A stretch of 54,650 nt of DNA, the filler included, from Jimgerdemannia flammicorona (taxonomy: Eukaryota), in assembly GCA_003990765.1 (NCBI GenBank). It is 2 parts of 2 records of this genome, joined end to end, with 100 filler letters (N's around TTAATTAATTAA, not from the genome) between each part and the next. Parts side by side here need not be neighbours in the genome. Positions count along the whole stretch, not along the records: positions 1 to 27,279 come from RBNJ01000644.1; 1 more part is not named here. One strand, written 5' to 3'. The notes beneath the pieces are model-generated. The model worked only from the letters and a program-made list of their open reading frames with translations, was not told the origin of the DNA and did not search any database. A program made the translations under genes and the position numbers. Position 1 is the stretch's first letter; each line of letters opens with the position of its first letter. Positions 11,950 to 24,619 of the stretch are shown piece by piece.

Positions 11950-14420
11950 ATGAATAGTGCTAGGCTCTAGTATATGTAGTCCTTAAATAGAAATTCTCTT
12001 AGTATCTTCCTTGACTTTCTTCAGAAATTTTTACCTAACTTCTAGTATATTCTTAAGGACTTTTTCAAATGTAAGATCTGTATTATGTATACAGATGTAT
12101 TTCCAAAGGAATGCTGCTTCATGGGGTCTACTATTTTTTAATATCTGGATTCTTTATAGTGAGTCCTCTCATTTCTATTAGGTATTTTGTCAGCTGAAGA
12201 TTCTATACCCATATACTTATCTTTAAGGTCAGGCTAGGAAGCACTTCTTGATATCCTTGAAGGCCTGGCCTTCAATTCAGAGATATCTCTTCTGACTTGC
12301 TTGTTATTTTCCTAAGAAGTATCTGAGGAGGAGTGGCCATATCTTGAGTGTTTGTCTGTGGATACTGTCACTGGCAGTGGTAGTAGAAGATGGGTCCTAG
12401 GAGGTCTTTCTTGTCCTCTGGTCTGTGCTGGAGCAGTATTCCAAGTCATCTTAAAAAAGAAGATATAGTATGTATTCTCTTGATTATAAAGCAAGGCAGC
12501 TTCCTCCTCTATTTCTTAAGTCTCTTCATCCATTTGAATGAGATTGATATTTCTGTCATTAGGTGAGGGTTGTTTCTTTAGGCAGAACCTCTGAATATAG
12601 CCTTGGTTTCTACAGTTAAAATATGTTGAGGCATAAGTACTTATTGTTAATGGGTCTATAGTTATAGCTAATAGGGCTTGAGTAGAACTTCTGTTGACTT
12701 GCTGCCAGTAGTCTGGTCTACTATCATGGTAATAATCTTGCTGTCTTCTTTCTTGGTTCTTTAGCTGAGTAACTACAATGGCCAAATCCTTTATTTGTTT
12801 AGTGAGTATTATCATGGGGTCTTTTTAGACTCTTGGTGGAGACTGTTACTATTGCTGCCTATACTGAGTTGGAATTAAGAGTGGGGGTCTGATCTCATAA
12901 TTAGTCAACTGTACTCTTAAGTAGGTATTCTTTTATCTATAGTCATTTCATGAATTCTTAAAATTTCAGCTTGAGTGGAATCTTGATATTCTTGAATCTG
13001 CTGAAGTGATCTATAGTCTGCTTTCTAGTATCCTTGTGCTCCAGCAACTTGCTACTCAATTCTTCAATAATCCATCCTAATAATTTATCTCCAAAGCTCT
13101 GAAAATATTCTATTGAGAAAGGTGGTTGAGGCCAGGGCCAGTTGGAGTGCAGGTTACAAGTTTGTCTTGATCATCTGGGCTTAGATCTGATGATAGAAAG
13201 CCTTAGAAGTTTTATTAGCAGCTTGGCTCATATAGATCAAGGCTTCTTGTACTTCTTATTGATACTTAAGGCCATTGAACTGAGTGTAGAACTAGATCTT
13301 GTGGATATTATATCTGTCTGCATGATCTCCATTTGCTCAAAGATTGTTGGCTTATTCTGTTATATAGATTTCTCCTCCAACTTGCCTTGCTTAGTTGTAC
13401 TTCTATAGAGCAGAACCTCTCAGAAGTGATTCTATAATTCTGAGCTTTCTCTGGGCATTCTATTGTTTGATAGCTACTTATACTTTGATTTCTCCAAGGA
13501 ATTCCTCAACATCTTCACTGACTGCACTATGGAATTTCTGAAGATAGCTTATCTTTAGTTTATTTTTACTATCTAAGTCTAGTTCTGGAGTAGAGTTTCT
13601 TGAGATGGAGATAGTGGAGATACTTGGTAAACTAGTGATACTGGCAGGAGATGGTGTCTTAGTAAAGATGTAGAGAGTCTGGCTCTTCTAATTAAAGCTA
13701 GTATAGAGGTTCTTGATAGTGGTAGTTCTCTGATTAAGTGATAATGATCACTAAATACTGAGGTTCTGAGAGGGCTTGGGCTTCTTATTTCTTATGGGTA
13801 GTAACAGAGTATGAAAGATCAAAAGACTGATATTCTGACAACTGAGATAGGACTGATGTAGCTGATGTTCAATTTATCTACCCCTTGCTATTATGAAGTA
13901 GTAGGGTTCTGTTCATCTTGCCAAAGGTCTGTATTGTTGTCTGAGTAATGATAAAGGTTGAATTTGTCTCTTGGTTGGTCTGGTTGGCTTCCCCAATCTT
14001 CATCTTCCTCTGGTTCTGGAAGATAGAGATGGTAGTCTTCCTCTTCTTCAGATGTTTCAAAGTATACTTGATCTAGAGTTGCTTGAGAGACAATAGTAGT
14101 AATATAATCACTTCTGTCTAAATTTCTTCTGTAGATTAGGGTCTGATATTCTTCAGGAAAGTCTTCTGCTGGTTCTTAACTTTGGGTGGAAATGGGCTCA
14201 GGTTGTCCTCTAAGTCTTTTTCTTTCTCTTGAGGTTAAACTATAGTCTGGATCACTTCTTCCTTCTGATTCAGTTGTCTGATTACTGATTCTGAACAGGG
14301 TGAGGACTGTTCTGATAATGGTGTGAGCTTCCCCTTCTAAGGAGGGCAGTTGTTGGGCCTAGTCTTGTTGCTGACTAGTTTCTCCTGAATTCTCTACTAT
14401 AGATAACTGCTGAGTTCTTG
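11950..14420 (-). pseudogene. gag: gag of element B (limits approximate)
   Basis: Decayed zinc knuckle YFNCRNQGYIQRFC at ~12580-12625; KFHSAVSEDVEEFL major-homology-like segment at ~13500-13540. Confidence 0.8.
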
Positions 14421-14469
14421 AGCCAAATGGTCAAGTCTTTAGAAAACTTTTCCAGTTGAGTCTCTAAAA

Positions 14470-16514
14470 TATGGTATATAATATGTATATCTTACTTACA
14501 GAATGCAATACTTAATATACTACTTGGTTATCTTATATGTATATTATTTATCTTTTTATCTAATAATGTTCTAGCTTTATATTTAGTTCAACTACTGTTT
14601 GATTTGTTCACATTTCTCATTCATGTCAAGTTGGAGTTTGCATATTATTAAAGTTTACATATTGTGAGTCATTGATTATGTGACTAGACATTTGGAATGG
14701 CAGAAGATGAAAGTATATATATTGTAGATTCTGGTATTCTTGGTAAAGTTTCCTAGTAAGTTGGTAATCTTATATTTTGAATTTTTTGTAGTCTGAGATC
14801 TTATATCTGATTTCCATAGTAGTAGTTCTTAACTGATTGACTTGTATCTTCTTGTGATGATTTTCATAGTAGTGGCAGTTTGTATCTTGAGTTTTATAAT
14901 GATTTGTATATCAATTTCTGAGATGGTAAGAGTAATTTCTTAACTCTTGGAGGCAGTGTATTTCTCTATAAATCTCTTTTTACTTCAAACTATCTAATTG
15001 AGATTTATTTACTCTTATCTTTGGAGGTATTTATATATATTTCTACTATGCTCTAGTAGTAAGGTCTGAATATACTATTGGTTTGCCAGTAGCAGTGCAT
15101 CAGTGGCAAAGACTATACTAATGAGGTAAGATTGGAATACTCTTTCTGTGTTACTGGTAAAGAATGTTTAGGTAATGAGGGCTATTCTATATTTGGCTAA
15201 ACTATAATACACTGGTATGGAGGGTGATACTAACTAAATCAGGTAAGACTAAAATATCTTTGTTCTGTTTCACTGATAATGAATGTTAATCTCTGTCTTA
15301 AAAGGTATAGTATCCTTTGCCAGTGACAAGCAAATTATCTTATTGAATTGTGACTTCATCATACTACTCTTCAAAGAGTGAAAGTGCTGGTCAAGAGGTG
15401 AGGGGATAGAATAGTGGCCAATTATCTTCAATGATATTTTCAAACCCTTGCACAGCTTGAAGACAAACTGAAGACTGGTAGATTCTTTGTTATTCTTCTT
15501 GGGTTTCATCAGTTTCAGTATCTTGAGGTACTATGACAGTTTCAATAGCAGAGTCTTAGTATTCTTCTTCTTCTTAGATAGAAGCTTCTGAGACTTCTTG
15601 ATTCAGCTTCTATATAATGTAATGTGATATATAACTGATGGGATGGTAGGTGGATATAGTAGCTCCTGTAGGTGTTTTGATAGTAATGAGTAGTACTTCA
15701 AATATTTCTATGAGACTTATCAGATGGCCTTGATAGTTGTCTAAGAGAGAGGTGATATAGAAGTCTGGTAGAGTAGGTTCAGTTTATTGACTTCATACAG
15801 TAACATAATTGCTTCTGATATAATCAGTGACTTCAGCTTTTACCCAATTGACTTCTTCAGTAGTGAGGCAGACTATATTCCTAGTAGTAACTCTTTATAA
15901 GTGAGCTATAGTCCAGGGTATATGGTAGAAGATTTGGTAGACATGAAGGACACTCTTGATCAGCCAGTTGATGGTTAATAGTTCAGTAATGAGGTCTTCT
16001 TGATCATCTTCTTGTATTATATTATAGAGGTAGTGTCCAATTTTATAGTCATACCAAAGAGTCATTCAGTTAGTAGTATTCTTGAGCTACTGGATTATTA
16101 TGTAGTAGTAGTTGATAAAATGTTCAAGGTCTTTAGTATAAAAGTTCAGATATTCAGTGATATCAGAGTACTAGATAGCCATTTTGATGGCTTTGAGGAT
16201 AAGACTCTTCAGACTTAGTAAAGGAGTACTGTAGTAGGAGGTCTGATTGGAGTTGTAGAAAAGAGACATTGTATTCTTATTTGTTCTAATCTTCTTAATA
16301 TACTAGGTCTAGTTTCTTTAAATAATATGACCTTTATTTTAGCTTAGATTATCATTGCTCCTTTTGGTCAGACACCTGATGAGTTGAATAGGTCATCAGA
16401 CAGTATTGTCTGATTATCATATCATAAGATTTGGAGTTATCATCTGATTAAGGTGATCATGAGATCTGTTGTTATTGCTTCCTTATTTTAGTATTATCAG
16501 TTATATATATCAAC
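14470..16514 (-). repeat. 5' LTR of element B (~2.05 kb)
   Basis: Direct repeat of 4328-6319, followed on the minus strand by a PBS-like sequence. Confidence 0.9.
15380..16269 (-). pseudogene. LTR-encoded accessory ORF of family B (5' LTR copy; end approximate)
   Basis: ATG 16269 is in frame with MTLWYDYKIGHYL at 16065 (68 codons apart) and continues SVLHVYQIFYHIPWTIAHL*RVTTRNIVCLTTEEV. Confidence 0.75.
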
Positions 16515-16840
16515 TAGATATATCAGGAGTCAGCTTTATAAGTCTCTATGAGTGAGTAGCAGTAGATTATCTTATATTATATATTGATCAAACCAGGACT
16601 ATTAACTAAAGACTCCTATACTAAAAGAAAGCTATTCTCAGAGTTATCAAGAAGAAGATAGAGATTAATCTGACTTAAGATAGTGAGAAAGTAAGCAATT
16701 ATATTATCAAATAGAAAGATAAAAAGAGAGTGAGATTAGATAGAAATAGATAGAATAGAGTAGTATTCTTGCCTAAAACTATAAATAGTATTAGATACCA
16801 AAGATATACAATAAAGGAGATTCTGCTGCAGAAGTGACAC
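16515..16840 (+). mobile_element. Probable decayed LINE 3' end fragment
   Basis: Purine-rich; ends GATATACAATAAAGGAGA, resembling the LINE terminus GATATAATAAAGGAAGA at ~32291-32307. Confidence 0.35.
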
Positions 16841-16959
16841 TGCTCTATTTCTCCTGGTATCATATGAGTTCAGAATGTTCATATAGATAGACTGTAGGTT
16901 AGAGATCAAAAGAGAGTTAAGAGAATTTATAAAGTTCTAGTAATCTTCTATAGAGTAAA

Positions 16960-17310
16960 AGTCAGCCTATAGTTGCTTCTCTGAGCATAGAGTGCTCTGC
17001 CCTCCTCAGGTTAGCCTTGCTTTTCCCCTCAGCTACATCAGCCCAAGTACTTACTGGCTATCCACTCTTCTTTAACTTATCAGCAAAACTTGTAGACCTA
17101 GATCTACTCCTATTTTCGCCTGACACTGGCCTTCCTTCAGATTTTTTGCCACCATTCATACCTCCAAAAGAGCCCATCTCTAGGCTGTAACTCCTGTCCA
17201 CATATTACCAATTGAATACCTCAGGTCTTCCTAACCCAGCATGTCCATTAAGACTTTTGCTTAATGATATATTACTAGTACCTTTTCTCTGAGTTATATT
17301 GAAAGGTATG
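16960..17310 (-). mobile_element. 5' fragment (ORF1 N-terminus) of a LINE, homologous to 27380-27640
   Basis: Translates GRPEVFNW*YVDRSYSLEMGSFGG...TSFADKLKKSG*PVSTWADVAEGKSK, against GPGAFDWQTVGRGYGLGMGSFGG...RSFADTLRGGGWPMGT..LAGGKGK at 27380-27600. Confidence 0.7.
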
Positions 17311-20300
17311 CTCTCTCTATCTCTATTGCCTATCTCTCTCTCTTTACTATATATCTCTTTTCTCTTCTTTTTCTTATTAGTTGCTACTTTAGTTATATGT
17401 AATAATTCTCTGCAAAATACTTCTCTAACTCTATTGTTCAAACTCATTTTGAGAAATTTCTAATATTGTTTACAATATAGTAGTTTGGTTTATCTTTATT
17501 ATTAGGAACTATATTAAGGAGGAGGGGCTGTAGCTGAGAGCAGTGGTGTGACTACTAATAGAGATATAATGGAAAATCTGAAAAAAAAAAAATGTAATGA
17601 TCAATAGTAGTACTATGCAGGAGGACTGACAGGGGCAGGGGGACCTGGCTGATGGTATAACAGGTCAGACAGTGACTCCATTGCTCAAGAAATTGATCTT
17701 AGAGTTTGTAGTTCCATTATTCTTCTAAGGTTTAGTAGTGATAGTAAAGATAGTACTGGGGCTAATCTCAAAGCAGATGGCTGGAGCTGTCTCAGTGAAG
17801 TTCCTGAAGAGGTTTGAGAGAGTTGAGGTGGGCTTCAAGAAAGCTGCCTCCTTAGAGGAGGTATTGAAGACTGGGTTGACTGTGGGAGAGATAGTGGTCT
17901 CAATAACTTATTGTTTGAAATAAGACTCCAGAGTGGTCCAGCTACTGGTAAAGAGGGTGCCTATGGTAAAAATAGTTGAGACAAAGAGGAGAGTAGAGGA
18001 GGTTATAGCCAAGTATAGTGAGGTAGTTGATATTGATTTCTAGGTCTGGGAGGGGACTTCATTCAGAACAAGAAATATGAATATTAGACTCTGGCTGGCT
18101 GGAAAGGAGGCTACTGGAAAGCTGTGAGACTGATACTCAGTATTGATATAAGGTATATTTATCTGTAAGGTGACAAAAGTAAAGGAGAGTGTAGAGAAGG
18201 AGGAGGATTGGATAGAGGCACTGGAGGAGCTCAGTGGGGCAGTAGAGCAGTAGGTCAAGGCATGGCAGATATATGTAGATATGATATATCTGGAGGTGAT
18301 AGATGGGAAGTACATTCAGGTAGATAAGGGGTAGTAGAAGAGGACTCAGGGATATAAGTGGTAGAAGGAGTTGCTGGAAAGTTTGAAAGAGAAGAAGAAG
18401 GCATTGCTCAGTTCTGATAGGGTCTCAGAGAGTACTCAAGAGAGTATCTGGTCAGATGATGATGTGGAGAGAAGTACAAAGTCTATAGGTGGGAGCCAGG
18501 AGGCAAGGGATCAGGCTCTCTATAATGATAATATACTGGAGATATGGAAAGAGGGCAAGGATATAGGAGGGCAGTCTGGAGTCATATAGCTGAAGATTGA
18601 TAAGGATGTGGAGATGTTGGGGACTTGCTTTGTTTGATTTGGAGTATCCAAGATAGTAAGTAGGGGGCAGGTAATTGAGGTTGGGGAGGATGAGCTGGTG
18701 GATATTTCTGAGAAGGAGTGGGATAAGTCTATAAGTACTGGGATAAATACTATAATACTAGGAGACAGCAGGCCAGCAACCTCTAGGACAAGGCCTACAG
18801 TGGAAGGATATACTAGATGATGAATAATATGATGGCTGAGGAGTTTGAGGATGTAGACCTATGAGTTATCAGCAAGGAGTACTGAACAAGAGTACTGTAG
18901 AGAGATGGTGTTATAGAGGCCCTAGAGACTGAGATACTGGTAGTATTCCTAAATAAGAAAGGATATATAGTAAATGAAGCAAGAGTGATAGAGTTGGCTA
19001 TAGCTGCTCAAGAGCATATAGTCTTTTGGTGGGAACAGAGATATAGATAGAGAAATCTGATAAGGGACTTGCTTGGAGTACTGAGAGGAGATGGAGGAGA
19101 AGGATGATATAGCAATGGCTGAGCTTTTGATTAAAATGGAGGCTAAGTGGGTCAAGGGGGAGGGGGCTGCTGTGGAATATGAATTAGACTTAGCTAGAGA
19201 GGAGATGAGTGTAGAGCTATAAAGAAGATATATCTATATCAATATTATTCTCTATGAATAGTACAATAATATTTTTTCATTAAATGTAAATAGCTTGAGG
19301 GGTTCTGAGAGACAGTATAATATTTTTACTTAGTTAAAGGAATTAGAAGCTGATCTCTTTCTTCTGTAGGATGTACATTGTAGAGATAACTTTAATTAAA
19401 TAAGAGTAGATGAGAGAATGGAGGAAGAGGCTGTAGTTTGGAATGACAAGATTGAACTTCTGGTACAAAAAGGTAGAGGTAAGTTATATGAGAATTGGAA
19501 TTGGAGTGAATGCCTGGTTTGGAGTGAATAACATTGATCAGAGTGGGAGCTAATTATAGTTAGATCTTGTTACTACTCTATAGCTAGGAGTGAGTATGTA
19601 GAGTGGATTAATAGTCTTTTGGATAGTAGAGTCCTTATAGAGGCAGGAGTGGATATGCTTGGAGGGGACTTCAATATGGTCCATATGGCACAGTTAGACA
19701 GAATAGATTGAAAGAGAAATAAAAAAGGCAGAAGGGACAGCCTATAGGGTTGGGAGAAGGTAGAGTATCTTGGATCTTTGGTGGATACTGGTTGAACATA
19801 TGGGGAGGACAGATATATCTCTCTGGCTAGAAGGATGATAGTGTTGAATATATATTAGTTGCCAAAGTTGTAGTATCTGGAGTATCACTTGGACTTTTCA
19901 GTATGAGTGATTAAGAGACTATTGAAAATGGTCAAGGTATGGATTTGGGTGAGGCAGTAGAGTCAGATTAGATGAGAGGTGATGACATTGCTAGTAGACT
20001 GGAAAAAACTGGGATGGTGGACTTTATCAAGTCCCTATACTATCTGAGGGTATGGTGAATGAAGTAAGTATATAAGTTGAGAGGTTATAAGTAGGTACTA
20101 CTTATGTAGAGAGTGTGGAAGGTATGGTTCTCTCCTCATGATACATCTAGTGACTTGTTCTCTCTAGTAGTACTGGAGAGGAGCCAGAGGATGTACTATA
20201 AAGGATTCTGGTAGAGAGTGGTGGATAGAGCTTGACAAATTGGCCTCTGGTGACAGAGTGATAAGGGGGAGAAAGACTGGAGATGGATGTGGAGGTGAGA

Positions 20301-20871
20301 CTATCTGTTATTAGGGGGCATATTGGTGGATGAGTTCTGTTTAGAGAATGATGTGAAATGTCTTCAGGAATATAAGAGGGATTTGTGGCCTGAGGCCTGG
20401 CAGAGGATAGAGATTGATAAAGAGTGAGACTGGAATGGTATTTAGTTAGTGCTCTGAATGAGTCAATTCAAATCAAATCCAGATTCGATTCATCACATGA
20501 TGGTTTGATCCAAATCTCAAATCTGAAGCCATCCGAATCAACTCGGATTAATCCAAATTGCCCCATCCAAATTGCCCCATCCAAATCACCCATCTGAACC
20601 ACCCCAATCTGAATCACTCAATCTGAATCACTCAATCCAAATCACTCAATCTGAATCACTCAATCCAAATCCTCCAATTTGAATCCTCCAATTCAAATCC
20701 TCCAATTCGAATCCTCCAATCTGAATCCTTATCTGAATCCTTCAACTGAATCCTCCAATCCAAATCCTCCACATGACTCATATGCTAGACATGTCTATAA
20801 CACAATACATACACACATATATACAATACACATACATGCATACACATGCACACACAAATACGCAAACACAC

Positions 20872-23377
20872 ATGTTGACAGATCAGTCTTCAACAGTTCA
20901 TAGTATCAATGATGCTTCAAGTCAAACATCCCTAATAGTTCCACACCTTCCATGCAATCCTTGCTCCGAAATCTGGCAACATTGTACTAAGATAGGAGAT
21001 GATGTTGTTTGTAATTATTGCAGGTAAAAAATTAAGATGTACCTATTGACTTGTTTGACACATACATGATATTGTTTCATCCACCCCCATAAACTGCACT
21101 AGCCAGAAGTTCAAAATGCTTGGTGGTATGACCTTGAACATGAATCGACACATAAAAGACAAGCACTTTGACAAAATCAAAAAGAACATGGAGACAAATA
21201 AAATTGACATCCAAGCTATAGTGGATACATTTATCCGATTGGCCAACCATTTCTATATCAACAACACCATTTAATCAAAAATATTTAGCCATACTCTTTG
21301 GCAGAATTTCGAAATCAGCTCATTCGCTAGATTGTGTGTACAGACCAGCCATTCACAACCATCGAGAGTGATCAATTGCATAGCATCTTTGGCCTCCTCA
21401 AGTATGATTTATATTTGCCAAGTGCCAATACTATTTGCAAAGATGTCCTGGAGGTCTATAGGAAGGAGCACGATAATCTCTGCCAGACACTTCTGATAAA
21501 ATAAGGGCAGCACCATGACCTTTGCAAGCTGAATTATATAAAAGAGCTTACCAATTTAATCTTACATTCAATAAGCAGAATTTGGCAGGCAAAATTTCAT
21601 TTACAATTGACACATGGACATCCCCTAATGCAATTTCATTTCTGGGCATTACCAGTCATTGGATTGACCTTGATTGGTAGCTTAAATCTCTCACCCTTGA
21701 CTTCATCAAACTTGCTGGCCCTCATTCTGGAGATAACATCACAGATGCTTTTATTAGTTATATCTGGGAGCTTGGGATCACAACTAAGGTAAAAAAAGGG
21801 GGGCTTGCCATCAGGTTGGTATTTTGAGGGAGGTCTTTAAACAAAACAGATTTTGGCCATTATAATGGACAATGCCACAAACAACTCAACATTTTTCCAA
21901 GTTTTAGCAGCCAGCCTCAAACAGAAAAATGTGGCCTTCAGTGCAGAAAGCTGCCATGTGCGATGCCAGGCCCACATACTGAACCTCACTATTCAGAACT
22001 ATCTTACATACATAGACAAAACATCCGAGAGAGGAGGGGCCCTGAGTATAATTTCCAAGCTGTGCAAACTGGTTGTGTTGGTCCGATCATCTTCACAATA
22101 ATGAGACAAATTCGCTACGCAGTGTAGAGCAATCAGTTTAGCCCCAAAAGAGCTTATATTGGATGTCTGTACACATTGGAACTCAACATTTGCAATAATC
22201 CAGCATGTACTGGAGTTTGCTGTAGTATGCATCCTTTTTTCTTCAGTCAGCTGAAGTAACTGTTTCAGATAATGGGAGATTTAATTTAAAAAAAAAAAAA
22301 AAAAAAAAAAGCCAATAGATTCAATGATGGCTGTCAACAAGGAAATACAGGCCAAGGCTCTAGGTGAAAGTGAGTGGGATGTACTTAGGAATGTTGTCAG
22401 AATTTTGGAAGTAAGTGGTGGTTGCTCTGACTCTATACTTGTTTTGTCTGCCTCCGCACAATGCAATACCTCACCACATATAACTGCCAGTGTTTCGATG
22501 ATTGTACAAAGGATATAGTCAAACAAACGACCCTGACAATAAGCTCTGTGATACCAGTATACAACCTTCTGATTGACTGGCTAGAGGACAAGCTCAAGGA
22601 CAGGCTGGAGGGTTGCGGTGATTTATGGTTAAGCCTGGATCAGAGAGATGCCATGGAGGTTGCTCTAAGCAAGCTCAGAAAATACTACTCCCAAATAGAT
22701 ACTGCCATATACTCAATCAGTACAGATATATCAATGTTGGTATGTAGCCATTGCCCCTTCCAAAACAGAGAAAACCTCGCAAAAACTCACTCTCCTTTTC
22801 TTCGAACAGTACTGGACCCATGCTTAAAGCTACAATACCATAAAGATCAGAGCTGGGAGCAGCACTTCATTGAGAGAACCAAGCAGGCCATAATTGAAGT
22901 GTACTGGAAAAACTATGCACTGCTGCAAGGTTCTGGCCAAAGTCCAGATGAATATGCCAAGAGATCTCTCCTGTCCCACATTTACTTCAGCAGAAAGAGG
23001 AAGAGGGAGCCATCAGTGGAAGAGCTGCCATCAATAAATGAACTTACCATTTATCTTGCTAGTGACTATGTGGTCCTGCTGGAGGGCACAGAGGTGCTCA
23101 ACTAGTGGAAGGTGGATTGTCAGGTGAGCATTGGGCCAATTTAACCAACCAATCTAACCACTGCTCTACCCACCAGGACATGCAGCTGCGTTAAACGGAC
23201 TTCCCCAGCCTGTGTGGTATGGCTTGGGACTACCTGGTGATTCTTGCCTCCAGCACTCCTGTCGAGCAAGTGTTCTCAGGTGGGGTAGACCTTGTTGCCC
23301 CAAAGAGGTGTACGCTGAATGCTGAGACAATCTGGGTATGTATGTGTCTGAAGTCTTGGTGGGGCTCAGGCCACTAA
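20872..23377 (+). pseudogene. Intron-containing hAT transposase
   Basis: BED start SEIWQH...CNYC; FTIDTWTS, IIMDNATNN, HVRCQAHILNL, DVCTHWNST and LDPCLK. Dimerization domain FPSLCGMAWDYLVILASSTPVEQVFS...CLKSW. Frame-restoring GT-AG intron 21789-21849, plus others. Confidence 0.92.
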
Positions 23378-23479
23378 AATTTGGTGGGTCCGCAGATAAG
23401 TTAGTTGACCTTGTGGAATATTTAATACCTTGCAAAATAATAAAAAAGGAAAAAAAAACCTGAGGACTCGGCCCAGAGT

Positions 23480-23965
23480 TTGCAGCCTAAGTGGGGTGGG
23501 GTTGGCAGTAGCGGCGGAGGGAGCATACAATATTTGCAGCCCTCAGCCAGCAGCAAGGGGCAGCCCCAAGCTGCCAGTGCTCGGGTTGGTGGGTGGGTTG
23601 GTGGGTGGGTCAGTTGGTCAGTGGAGGGAGTGCGCAAAATTTGCAGCCCTCTGCCGGCAGCAAGGAGTAGCCCCAAGCTGCAAGTGTCCAGGTCAGGGGG
23701 GTAGGCAGAGGGAGCATATAAAATTTGTGGCCCTCTGCCAGCAGTGAGGGGCAGCCCCAAGCTGTCAGCACCCAGGTTAGTGGGTGGGGTCAGTTGGTGG
23801 GTGTGGGGTTGGCAGAGGGAGCATGCAAAATTTGCAGCCCTCCATCAGCAGCAAGATGCAGCCCCAAGCCACAAGTGTCTGGGATGAGTGGGACAGGTGG
23901 AGGGAGCATGCAAAATTTGCGGCCCTCTACCAGTAACATAGAGGCAGCCCCAAGCTGCTAAGAAG
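23480..23965. repeat. GC-rich tandem repeat, five ~85-110-bp units, inside the hAT
   Basis: Core GGGAGCATGCAAAATTTGCAGCCCTC...GCAGCCCCAAGCTG recurs at ~23520, 23626, 23710, 23817 and 23902. Confidence 0.85.
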
Positions 23966-24619
23966 TCTGGGGTGGAGGGTGCTTCTGGCAGTCAGAGGGC
24001 ATTTCTGGTGGTCAAAGTTGCCAGTTCGGGTCCCACGGGCACCCCAGCCCTGTGCTGCAGTACTGCACCAGTGGCACTACAGAGCAGGGCTGAGGAGCTG
24101 GTAGGGCCCTACATAACAGCTAAGCTAGTGCTATATAAGAGGTGCCTGGCCCAACCCCCCCATATAAGACTGCCCAACCCACACAAAATGACTGCCTAAC
24201 CCTCATGAAAGATTGCCTAACCATTGTGAAAGATTGCCTAACCCTCACAAAAACTGCTCCACCCACCAGTCCCAGGCCTTGAAGAGCCTGTTATCCATTG
24301 TGAGTGCGACGACTGTTGTGTCCAAGCTCTCCTCGAAGGTGACAGTACCGTGGTGGTTGTGTGGTTGGAATAGGACAGCCGTGTTGGCTGCAAATGGGAC
24401 CCTGAAACTGTAGGTGAGGTCATACCAGACTCCGCCGCTATCCTCTCAGGTTGGGTCCTTCCTTTCTGAGATATAAAACATTACCAGGGTAACATTGTTG
24501 TCTGTGTGTGTGGACAGAGAAAGGTTGCACCCGACATATCCTGATGTGATATGAGCATATGATTGGGTGAACCCTTGGCCCAGGACCTCATACTGCCAGG
24601 CTGTACTGGTAGATGCCTG

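Larger units (their letters stand above)
4328..16514 (-). mobile_element. Near full-length, heavily decayed Ty3/gypsy element family B with ~2-kb LTRs and dUTPase
   Basis: Direct repeats 4328-6319 and ~14470-16514 flank gag (CCHC), PR, dUTPase, RT, RH and IN on the minus strand. PBS-like TTTAGAGACTCAACTGG at ~14452-14468; PPT-like AAGGAGCAGA at ~6320-6329. Confidence 0.92.

Noticed and set aside
16960..17310. Antisense ORF0-like gene in the 5' UTR of LINE F
   Set aside because: Its homolog at 27380-27725 has its own 5' end and an unrelated upstream flank, so it is better explained as a separate head-to-head LINE fragment.
20530..20770. Short regularly spaced repeats resembling a CRISPR or telomeric array
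   Set aside because: No unique spacers; these are hAT subterminal repeats mirrored at 26520-26700.
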